The notes beneath the pieces are model-generated. The model was not told where the DNA came from. It did no database searches and was given only the letters and a program-made list of their open reading frames with translations. Below, in pieces: positions 1 to 7,536 of a DNA stretch of 64,000 nucleotides. Both the position numbers and the translations under genes were made by a program. Numbering within the stretch: the stretch's first letter is position 1; every line of letters starts with the position of its first letter. Source of the stretch: Pontiella sp. (lineage in GTDB: Bacteria > Verrucomicrobiota > Kiritimatiellia > Kiritimatiellales > Pontiellaceae); NCBI GenBank assembly GCA_050290185.1, contig JBNKHE010000004.1:32001-96000 (forward strand), written 5' to 3'.

Positions 1-1
1 C

Positions 2-967
2 TGCATTATTGCCAATGGCATTGCCTTTACGGCCGGATATTCAAAGGCCCGCGGTGCTGGCGCATACAACGGCACGTATATCAACTGTACGTTCTCTAAT
101 AATGTAGCGAAATATGCCGGAAGCAGCTACAGCAGCAAGACGGAAGTTAAGGGCGGGGCGGTCTACAGTGGCATACTGGAGAATTGCGCTGTTGTTAACA
201 ACAGCGCAACCCGTCCAAATAATTTTGGCCCCCCTACTTATGGTGGTGGAGTTTTCAGCAGCGAAGCAACAAGGTGCATCCTTCAGGGAAACTACGCCCG
301 AGCGGGTGGCGGCGCCTATAGCAGTACGCTGAAGAACTGCCTTGTTGTGGAAAACGAAACGCACAGCGGGGGCGCGGGGGCAGGTGTGAAAAACTCCACG
401 CTGGAGAGTTGCACGGTCGCGGACAACATCGGGCAAGGCATGAGTGCCGGTTCGGCCACAAACTGTATCATCTATGGCAATACCGTAAGTAACTGGGCGG
501 GGACAGTCGATATTGCGTACTCATGTACAACACCCGATCCAGGCGGCACAGGGAACATCCTCTCCTTTGAGGGCTTTGACTCGGACTACTATCCCCAGCA
601 GGGATCCGTAGTGCTCAATGCAGCGCTCGAAATGTCGTGGATGGCAGGTGGCACGGACTTGCTCGGGTTCCCCAGAGTGATTGATTCCGGTCCAGACATG
701 GGCTGTCAGGAGTACTTCGGTACCAGGGGGATTGACAGCATCGAGGTACAGGGGAATGACGCCATCCTAACGTTCGATCTTTTTGATGGAGTGAATGGTA
801 TGCTGCAGGCAACGGATGATCTCACCAACGCCTGGACAGATGTAACGTCCTTTTCAGGAGCCGGGACGATCTCGGTCACCAATGATGCAAGTGGTAGTCC
901 CTGCAAATTCTTCCGTCTGAAGTACGTTAGTCCCTACACAGTCGGCGTTGGCGTTGCGTCCCCGTAG
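2..967 (+). CDS. Secreted parallel beta-helix-repeat protein (5'-truncated by window edge) with choice-of-anchor-Q-like segment and C-terminal FFRL-type domain
   Basis: Frame of ORF 347..967 stays open back to position 2 (CIIANG...GGAVYSGILENCAVVNNSA...GGGAYSSTLKNCLVVEN); repeated GG-A-Y...NC..xN motifs; GFPRVIDSGPDMGCQEY segment; ends LQATDDLTNAW...KFFRL. Confidence 0.7.
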   Translation, partial: CIIANGIAFTAGYSKARGAGAYNGTYINCTFSNNVAKYAGSSYSSKTEVKGGAVYSGILENCAVVNNSATRPNNFGPPTYGGGVFSSEATRCILQGNYARAGGGAYSSTLKNCLVVENETHSGGAGAGVKNSTLESCTVADNIGQGMSAGSATNCIIYGNTVSNWAGTVDIAYSCTTPDPGGTGNILSFEGFDSDYYPQQGSVVLNAALEMSWMAGGTDLLGFPRVIDSGPDMGCQEYFGTRGIDSIEVQGNDAILTFDLFDGVNGMLQATDDLTNAWTDVTSFSGAGTISVTNDASGSPCKFFRLKYVSPYTVGVGVASP

Positions 968-1244
968 AAAAGGGTCCGCCGACCAAAACCTGAACCAGGC
1001 CCTTCCGGCCCATACGGAATTAAAGCCGGTGTGGAAACCGAAAATGCTGAATGGCATCGTGGCCATCGAGGGTAAATGGGCCGACGGCTCAGACCTGCTG
1101 GCCATCCCCTACTACGCCCGTTGCAACCGCATCGGCGGCAGCAAGGGCCATGGCGGTTTCGGAGGACCGGGTGCCGAAGGCGGTGGTGACGGAAACCGTT
1201 CCAGCAACGGCCCATCATCCAAGGTATGGGTAGAGGAAAAGTAA
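948..1244 (+). pseudogene. Remnant 3' end of a GH127-like (beta-L-arabinofuranosidase) gene
   Basis: LNGIVAIEG...LLAIPYYARCNR...SKVWV resembles the GH127 C-terminal signature (IPYYAWxNR...VW); no upstream catalytic domain; overlaps previous stop. Confidence 0.5.
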
Positions 1245-1296
1245 TACCGATTAGAAGGAAAATGGCCGTGACGCGAAGCGAGGCCGCCGACCAGGA

Positions 1297-1351
1297 AGCA
1301 ACGACCATCGTGAGTTGCCATGCTTCTGACAACTGGAAAACAGAATCGTCC
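1297..1351. repeat. Short dispersed repeat, second copy at 19286-19345
   Basis: TGCTTCTGACAACTGGAAAACAGAATCGTCC (1321-1351) vs TGCTTCTGACAACAGGAAAATAGAATCGTCC (19315-19345), 29/31 identical, with similar upstream AGCAACGA.CA.CG.GAGT.GC. Confidence 0.8.
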
Positions 1352-1423
1352 AAAAGTCGCCAATCCTGAAATAATCAGCTCACAGGACCGCCGCAACAAA
1401 CAGACTAAACCATGAGAAACACT

Positions 1424-1906
1424 TTAGTAATAGATTATTTCCTCGTCTCGATATCTCCATTGACGAAAACAACCAAAGAGTGGTTCGCTGAATACTCTCC
1501 AGCCCCTAAGTTCATCAAACTTTCCTAAACCACCTATAATTAGCATTATCGGAGAGTCGATGAAGTTTTCCTCATAACGTGCTATATTTCGTAATGCTCG
1601 CTTATCTCGCCAGCTAAGATAGCTTGAGTTGTTGGGATGTGAGTGCCAATCACCTATGTAAGTGATTTCCCCATTGAATTGATTAAAATAATCCCCGACG
1701 CGGCTTTCGTCCGACACATAATCTGGCACGAAACCTAACCTGCCATGGATGGCATTTGGTCCAGGACCAAGAACATGTGTTATGACGACATCCGACTCAT
1801 CAGTCGCTAGGTATCCCATTAGTACCCCGCCACTTTCCTTAGGGGTTTTTACACAGGCATATTGGATCATTTTTTCATACTCAGATTTCGGGATCCATAT
1901 GCTCAT
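1424..1906 (-). CDS. JAB/MPN (Mov34) metallo-isopeptidase, CBASS Cap3-like
   Basis: ESGGVLMG, GPGPNA and YIGDWHSHP...LSWRD (JAMM E...HxH...S..D motif); likely ATG at 1906 (MSIWIPK) overlapping the end of the upstream E1 gene. Confidence 0.92.
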   Translation of the reverse strand: MSIWIPKSEYEKMIQYACVKTPKESGGVLMGYLATDESDVVITHVLGPGPNAIHGRLGFVPDYVSDESRVGDYFNQFNGEITYIGDWHSHPNNSSYLSWRDKRALRNIARYEENFIDSPIMLIIGGLGKFDELRGWRVFSEPLFGCFRQWRYRDEEIIYY

Positions 1907-3668
1907 AGGGTGCACAACTTTTGCATTTTTTAATCTTATCAAATGAATATCCGTTCCACTTTGGGAATAACCCGATTCCACTAGAGCGAAGGGATAAAAT
2001 ACCTATGTCATCAACGAGCGGGGGATATGCTCCAGCAATGCCCTCGCAGAGGGTAGAAACAGCCATACGAACTCCAGCCAATGACACTTCTTCAACGTCA
2101 AAGCTTGCTGCATGGAACGTAATATCGCCACAGCCCACGGGTTGTAATTTATCGCCGTTAGGATCAAAGGCTGGAAGCTCAATGTTATCCTCATTTTCAG
2201 GCTCATTCTCAGCTTTCTCCAGAGCTTGCCAAAAGCATAATAAACAACCTGTTTGAGCTGGTAGAACTCTTACTACATGCCCTCCCCAGCCCCCAGGACG
2301 AGAAGCAACCGTCACATAAGGTACCGATAACTCTTTGGCATAAAGAGATAGCATTTGATTAATTCCTCGTTCAGCCGTGGCGTCGAATACTAGATCCACA
2401 CCGTCAAGCATCCTAAAGAGACTTTCTTTTTGTCCAACCTCAGGAGTACCGAGCATAACTCTATCATCTTCTGTCCCAGATAAATGATGATCAATGCTTA
2501 CGTTCGTTAATGGGTAATTACTAGTAATATAATCAATAAGAGCCTTCACCTTACCCTTGCCCATTGCTTGAAGGCCAATTGGCCAGCGACAGATCGTACC
2601 AGCACTTATGAAATCCCCATCTAAGAGTCGAATCTCTCCTATTCCAGCCCTAGCAAAAGCAATGGCACTAGGTGCTCCAACACATCCCAAACCTATAACG
2701 GCTATCTTTTTTCCCCGCAGTGGATTTAGCTCTGGGATACGCTCAAAGATGTCGCACTCTCCAGCGTATTCAACTTTGATAGGGTTGATGATCAAATCCT
2801 GTTTGTTGATCTGAGCCACATAATAAAACAACCATCCATCACGTATCCCTCCTCTTGGGTTCTCCTCTGGAACACAAACAGCAAAAAGCGCATGCTTTTT
2901 CTTTTTGATCTCCAGTTGGAGCCACGAAAAAAGATCTGCGGACATAGCTCTGATACTTTCAACAAAAGCCTCAGAAGATGGCAGGCTAGGAAGACGGAAC
3001 CATGGACATTGCACACGTTTATACTCTTGGGATTTTATCCATTGGTGAATCATCGGGTTAATCGACACTCCATCAATGGGAACGTTTCCATTATCAAAAG
3101 CCACAAGAAGCCATCCCACGAAGGGGCGACCTTTTTGAATATGTTTATAATCACCGGCCACCGATAAGTGCAGAAGCCCTCTGTTTGTCGAATCTGGAAA
3201 TACCCAAGAGCTATCAAACATAATTTGCTGTCTGGCTCCCCTGTAAAACTCGGTCCATGGTTCTGCTTGATGATCTTCGCCTTGCAACCGTTCGTCTTCA
3301 TACTTTCGCGTAGCGACCCGCTCCCATTTTCCAAGCTGCTTAGTGATCAATCCCGCTGCTGTGTCGTTGGGTTGCCAGTGGTCAGTACCCCTTGCCAAAA
3401 GACATAACTCTCCCCCAGGACTATAGTGCCTGAGATCTTCGCCCAACCCTGGAACAATAACTGTGGGGCGTAAATATGGATATAAGTCAGGATACAGCAC
3501 GCTTCCAACACGCTCTTTGCCGAAAATGCTAACGCGAATATTTACCTTTAGCTTTCCTCTCTTTTTTTCAGCCTCATCGATTTCGGGATGAAGTCCGGCG
3601 CTCCGGAGAGCGCCGATCTCTTCTTCCTCGATCGCGGGGTATTCCATCCACCACGGACACGCCTTCAT
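1881..3668 (-). CDS. E2-E1 (ThiF/UBA) fusion protein, CBASS Cap2-like conjugating enzyme
   Basis: N-terminal E2-like YPDLYPYLRP...RH...GELCLL; C-terminal ThiF motifs KIAVIGLGCVG, RAGIGEIRLLDGD, DLVFDATA; Zn-type CLLC...CKSC pair; candidate catalytic Cys in PVGCGDITF. Confidence 0.9.
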   Translation of the reverse strand: MKACPWWMEYPAIEEEEIGALRSAGLHPEIDEAEKKRGKLKVNIRVSIFGKERVGSVLYPDLYPYLRPTVIVPGLGEDLRHYSPGGELCLLARGTDHWQPNDTAAGLITKQLGKWERVATRKYEDERLQGEDHQAEPWTEFYRGARQQIMFDSSWVFPDSTNRGLLHLSVAGDYKHIQKGRPFVGWLLVAFDNGNVPIDGVSINPMIHQWIKSQEYKRVQCPWFRLPSLPSSEAFVESIRAMSADLFSWLQLEIKKKKHALFAVCVPEENPRGGIRDGWLFYYVAQINKQDLIINPIKVEYAGECDIFERIPELNPLRGKKIAVIGLGCVGAPSAIAFARAGIGEIRLLDGDFISAGTICRWPIGLQAMGKGKVKALIDYITSNYPLTNVSIDHHLSGTEDDRVMLGTPEVGQKESLFRMLDGVDLVFDATAERGINQMLSLYAKELSVPYVTVASRPGGWGGHVVRVLPAQTGCLLCFWQALEKAENEPENEDNIELPAFDPNGDKLQPVGCGDITFHAASFDVEEVSLAGVRMAVSTLCEGIAGAYPPLVDDIGILSLRSSGIGLFPKWNGYSFDKIKKCKSCAPYEHMDPEI

Positions 3669-3821
3669 CTATCCCACATCTCTTCCACCACCGGGTCTTG
3701 GAGGTCTATTTGGTGGACGGTGTGGATTGGGTGGCGGTGTTGCCGGAGTCGCGGGATTACCCGGACCATTGGGATTTGCCGGTGTTGCCGGATTCCCTTT
3801 GCCTTTACCGTTATCATTCAT
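3669..3821 (-). CDS. 50-aa Pro/Gly/Asn-rich peptide ending in Gly (candidate conjugatable modifier)
   Basis: MNDNGKGKGNPATPANPNGPGNPATPATPPPNPHRPPNRPPRPGGGRDVG; AAGG upstream of ATG 3821; its TAG abuts the ATG of the E2-E1 gene (TAGATG); internal GNPATPA repeat. Confidence 0.7.
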   Translation of the reverse strand: MNDNGKGKGNPATPANPNGPGNPATPATPPPNPHRPPNRPPRPGGGRDVG

Positions 3822-3909
3822 AACTACTGTACCTTGCCGGGTTTTGGTTAACCCTGTTTTCCCCTCGGCCAGAAAACAGATCCTTGCGGTATTCGCAAAA
3901 CTGCACAGA

Positions 3910-4323
3910 CTATCCCGAAAGAGTAAATGATCTAAGACCCATGGCTTTATCCAGTATAGGATGAATCCATGGAAGACCTCGTGGCGTTTGGGCATCCAGA
4001 AAAAGATGAGAACCATGTGCGGCAGCCAACACCTTGATCATTCGGCCTTTTTTTGAGGATTTAAGCGATGAGTGGTGAGAGGCAATCAAACAAGCCATCC
4101 CCATTCCCAAACTATGGCATCCCTTCCGGTGCCACGAGCTGGTTGCTGGTTCCATTAGGTCGGCAGCCATGCCGCCTAATCCACCGACGACCACTGCGCA
4201 TATCAGTTCGCCTACATTCAATTCCTGTTGATCGCCATTTCGGATGCTCTGTAGCTGAATAGCCGCATCCAGCATGCCACCGATGGCCATTGCCCAGCCA
4301 ACATGTGTTTTTTTATTTGCCAT
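3910..4323 (-). CDS. YdjM-like membrane-associated metal-dependent hydrolase
   Basis: MANKKTH...ADLMEP...HRKGCHSL...SHLFLDAQTPRGLPW matches the family pattern (TH...PD...HRxxTHS...SHLLLD..T..G.P); GAAAGG RBS before ATG 4323. Confidence 0.82.
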   Translation of the reverse strand: MANKKTHVGWAMAIGGMLDAAIQLQSIRNGDQQELNVGELICAVVVGGLGGMAADLMEPATSSWHRKGCHSLGMGMACLIASHHSSLKSSKKGRMIKVLAAAHGSHLFLDAQTPRGLPWIHPILDKAMGLRSFTLSG

Positions 4324-4364
4324 TTCTAACCTTTCAAGTTGGATTTCTTCACAATAACGGGCGA

Positions 4365-4398
4365 AATCTAACAAAGGCGAAGTGACATATGGTGTCCC
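4365..4398 (-). promoter_or_regulatory. Putative WYL-regulator operator plus extended -10 promoter for the hydrolase-peptide-E2E1-JAB operon
   Basis: Inverted repeat GACA-N5-TGTC at 4384-4396; on the minus strand TGTCAC-N11-TAGATT with a TGn extension, ~40 nt before ATG 4323. Confidence 0.55.
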
Positions 4399-4432
4399 TA
4401 TGAAAAAAAGTTTGCCAAAAAATCAGAACGAT

Positions 4433-5425
4433 TTACCGGCAGGAGAGCTCAGCCATGGCGTGGATTTCCTCCGCAACCAGCTGTTTTAGCTTTGCAGGCC
4501 GGATCACACGGGCGTGTTTGCCCATACCCAATACCCACTGAATGACATTGAAATACGGACGTTGTCCGCTGGCACTTACCCGGAAAGTTACTTCGATATC
4601 GCCGTTCTTCAACTCTCGAATCTTTTGCTTTGCATGCCACTGGCGGTCTTTCACTTCCAGAGACCATTGGTTACTGATACGAATACATACTTCTTTCATA
4701 TCGTCCATCGATGCGAATCCGCCGAAAGAGGATTCTACCAATTCCACCGGATCAAAATCATGCGGACGACGGAATGTTTCTCCGGTTTCGGTTACCTCAA
4801 GTATACGACCGATAGCGAACTGGCGAATTGCTTTATAATGGTGGTTGTAAGCAAAAACGTACCAATCACCATGGATGTTGGCGATGTGGTAAGGATCGAT
4901 GCGGTGGGTTCGCTTACCTGTAGCCCTCTTGCTTTGATAGCCCATTTCGATGGTGCGGCGTTGGAGAACGCTCTGGCATACCGATTCCCACAGTAAAGGA
5001 TCTACCGGAATCGCTGGAGGAGCTACGAAACTGAATTCACTTAGGATTTCTTCAGGATCAATACTGGTTTGTTCTCCGAGGGCTTCCGTCAGGTGAGTAT
5101 ATACCTGTTCCAGCTTATTGGTTATCGGCAGGTCTTTGTATTGGGCCAAGGCATGGCGAGCGATGAGAAGCGAAAATAAGTCGCCTTGTTTCAATGGAAT
5201 AGAGGGGATTGCCCAAGAGGGTTCTGTGTAGTAATAGCCTTTTTTGTTGCGGTCATATTCAAGAGGCGCGTTCCATCGGTCTTTCAGGAATGCAATGTCC
5301 CGTTTAATGGTTCTCTCCGCTACTTCCCAAGCGTGGGATAACTCAGAAATGGAGGGAAACTCTTTCGAACGGATGCGTCGGTCAATATCATACAGCCGTT
5401 CCATTTGTGTTTTACAACGACTCAC
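4433..5425 (-). CDS. WYL-domain transcriptional regulator (wHTH-WYL-WCX)
   Basis: wHTH ELSHAWEVAERTIKRDIAFL...GYYY; WYL region YQS...HRIDPYHI...WYVFAY...RQFAIGRI; C-terminal WVLGMG...VIRP; likely GTG start 5425 after GGAGA. Confidence 0.93.
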   Translation of the reverse strand: MSRCKTQMERLYDIDRRIRSKEFPSISELSHAWEVAERTIKRDIAFLKDRWNAPLEYDRNKKGYYYTEPSWAIPSIPLKQGDLFSLLIARHALAQYKDLPITNKLEQVYTHLTEALGEQTSIDPEEILSEFSFVAPPAIPVDPLLWESVCQSVLQRRTIEMGYQSKRATGKRTHRIDPYHIANIHGDWYVFAYNHHYKAIRQFAIGRILEVTETGETFRRPHDFDPVELVESSFGGFASMDDMKEVCIRISNQWSLEVKDRQWHAKQKIRELKNGDIEVTFRVSASGQRPYFNVIQWVLGMGKHARVIRPAKLKQLVAEEIHAMAELSCR

Positions 5426-5505
5426 CAGGGATTCTCCAGCAAACTTCAACCAAGTTCGTGTAAGTGACAGTTTTCCAGCCACACATCAAAGCAACAGGGT
5501 CACTC

Positions 5506-5748
5506 CTATGAAATGATGTTTTCATTCAATCACCCCTGTAGCTTACCAACAGCAAACTCTTGAATAGTTTGAGACTTTACCTGCTTGCCTAAAATGACAC
5601 AAAGCAATTCCCACCTTCGCTTAAAGCTTCGGCGGACGAGCAGGAGCAATGGTATGCGGGGGATATCCCCACACCCATGAGGATCAATCGGTTATAAAAC
5701 GAGGATACCCCTCCGCGCCCCTCAGGACCCTCTGTGGTGAACTTTTTG
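5506..5748. repeat. Dispersed intergenic scaffold, copy 1 (contains minus-strand sigma70-like promoter)
   Basis: Near-identical to ~7005-7285, 16561-16675 and ~36283-36387; minus strand TTGTGT(5602-5597)-N17-TAAAGT(5579-5574). Confidence 0.85.
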
Positions 5749-5900
5749 CACTGACTTGCGCCAACGAAGCAACGCCCTCCATTCCAGCGCTTATCGATCG
5801 ATTCAAAATCGGGAAAAGCATTGGGGTCAGCCAGAGCTTCAACACGTCTCGCGCAAATAATTGATGGCAGGAAAATCCCCCATACGCATCCTCTGCTGGT

Positions 5901-6836
5901 CTACTCGTCGAAAGGAATCAGCAGTTTCTGACCGGGAGACACCGTGGCATCACCCAAACCGTTCAGTTCGCGAATCTCCTTCTCCGTCACCCCGTATTGT
6001 CGGGCGATGTCTTCGAGGGTTTCTCCGGGGTATACGACCCGCACTTCCGGGCCGGAGCACTCGCTAACCTGTTCGGGTACACGATCCATCATCACAGGAA
6101 CCGGTTCCACCGCCGGAGGTTCCTCTACATACGACTCATCCTTCCAGATGAACAGCTTCTTTACGACCCAGGCGGTACCTTTGAAGACGTATCCCAGCGG
6201 ACCAAGCACCTGTTCCTGTTTTTGTGCATTGAGCGTTACCTCCAGCGATGCGTAGTCCACCTTGCCCTTCATGGACTTCAGCCGGGCCGTCATCGAATCG
6301 ATATCACCCTGCAGCCGGGTCAATTCCTTCTCTATCGCCAGGATATCCTTCACATCCGCTGCCTTCTCAAGCAAGGCTTGAAGCCGATCCCGCAGTTTGA
6401 TCTTGGTTTCCAGACGGGCCTGGGTGTCGATATAGCGTTCCGTGACATCCTCCGAAGACAGGCTTTTAGCAATGACCTCACCCATGCCCTCAAGGCCGCC
6501 CACGACCTGCTGAAGCTTTTCCGATGGAACACGCAGGGTCAACGTCACGGAGGGCCGATCCTGATATTTCCGCTGGTGGCTGGACTCCACATAGCCTCCC
6601 ACCGCCTTGGCACATGCCGTTACATCCTCCTGGGTTTCAGCCACACCGGCGACTTCCAGCGTAATGGCCCCCCGCCAGATGAGCATCCGGTCCGACTGCA
6701 CTTCGTCCGCCGCAACGTTCAGGGCGGAATTTCCCGAAAGTGGAGCCCCGTACATGGCTATATCGGAACTGCTGTTTTTAGACATGCATCCTGAAAGCGC
6801 CAGCCCTGCCAGCAAAACGATTGCTGAGTATTTCAT
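5901..6836 (-). CDS. DUF4349-type lipoprotein with C-terminal LysM domain
   Basis: Lipobox LSGC; DRMLIWRGAITLEV...GGYVESS...LRVP...EDVTERYID...IEKELTRLQ; C-terminal VYPGETLEDIARQYGVT...LNGL...PGQKLLIP. Confidence 0.85.
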   Translation of the reverse strand: MKYSAIVLLAGLALSGCMSKNSSSDIAMYGAPLSGNSALNVAADEVQSDRMLIWRGAITLEVAGVAETQEDVTACAKAVGGYVESSHQRKYQDRPSVTLTLRVPSEKLQQVVGGLEGMGEVIAKSLSSEDVTERYIDTQARLETKIKLRDRLQALLEKAADVKDILAIEKELTRLQGDIDSMTARLKSMKGKVDYASLEVTLNAQKQEQVLGPLGYVFKGTAWVVKKLFIWKDESYVEEPPAVEPVPVMMDRVPEQVSECSGPEVRVVYPGETLEDIARQYGVTEKEIRELNGLGDATVSPGQKLLIPFDE

Positions 6837-6926
6837 TCAGTTTCCCCTTGTGATTGCTGTCGGCCAAATCACCGGCATTGTATTTTGACACATTACGGTT
6901 TCGAATCACCTTCATCAATAACGGCA

Positions 6927-7432
6927 ACTGGATCAGTCCAATGACCTGAGCCTCTTGGCGAAAGAGGCAGGCGTACTATGCCGGCAACGAGCTTTGCGAA
7001 GTGGCAAATGATGTTTTCATCCAATCACCCCTGTAGCTTGCCAACAGCAAACTCTTGAAGAGTTTGAGACTTTACCTTCTTGCCCAAGATGAAACAAAGC
7101 ATTTCCCACCTTCGCTTAAAGCTGCGGCGGACGAGCAGGAGCAATGGCTTGCGGGGGATTCCCCCCACACGCATGAGGATCAATCGATTTGAAACGAGGC
7201 TTCTCCTCCGTGGTTGCCGCTTCGCTGCCGCCGCTCTGCTCCGGCCTCACTTCGTGTCTCAGTGCCCTCTGTGGTGAACCTTTTTTGACTATGCCATTCG
7301 GCTTGGTCGCCACCTCAGCCCAAGGATTCATTAGGCCCAGGTCGCCCCTTCGGGGGTGCGGCACCAGGCTGCTCAGTTCCGTAACAGCCCCCTACTGTTT
7401 TTATCTCCCAGAGACGCAGAGGTCACAGAGTA
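6927..7432. repeat. Dispersed intergenic scaffold, copy 2 (longest; includes carboxylesterase 3' remnant)
   Basis: Collinear with ~36200-36580; 7349-7430 also matches 19139-19220; minus strand ~7330-7370 reads AWCRTPEGATWA*. Confidence 0.85.
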
Positions 7433-7536
7433 CGGAATTCCAGGAAAGAACAACCTGCCGTCCGAGGTGTACGACAGGCTGCCGTGACCGCGCTACGCAA
7501 TCCCGAAGGATCGCGTGCGGGTCGGATGAAGCGGGT

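Noticed and set aside
3669..4016. 115-aa version of the peptide ORF
   Set aside because: The extension overlaps the YdjM-like gene in another frame. The ATG at 3821 has an RBS and starts the compositionally distinct peptide.
1424..5425. Calling the cassette a canonical type II CBASS or Pycsar
   Set aside because: No ORF with CD-NTase (GS...DxD) or cyclase motifs and no recognisable SAVED, patatin, TIR or Cap4 effector lies within or beside it.
5506..7432. Insertion sequence or composite transposon around the DUF4349 gene
   Set aside because: The flanking repeats are direct and degenerate, with no transposase, terminal inverted repeats or target-site duplication visible.
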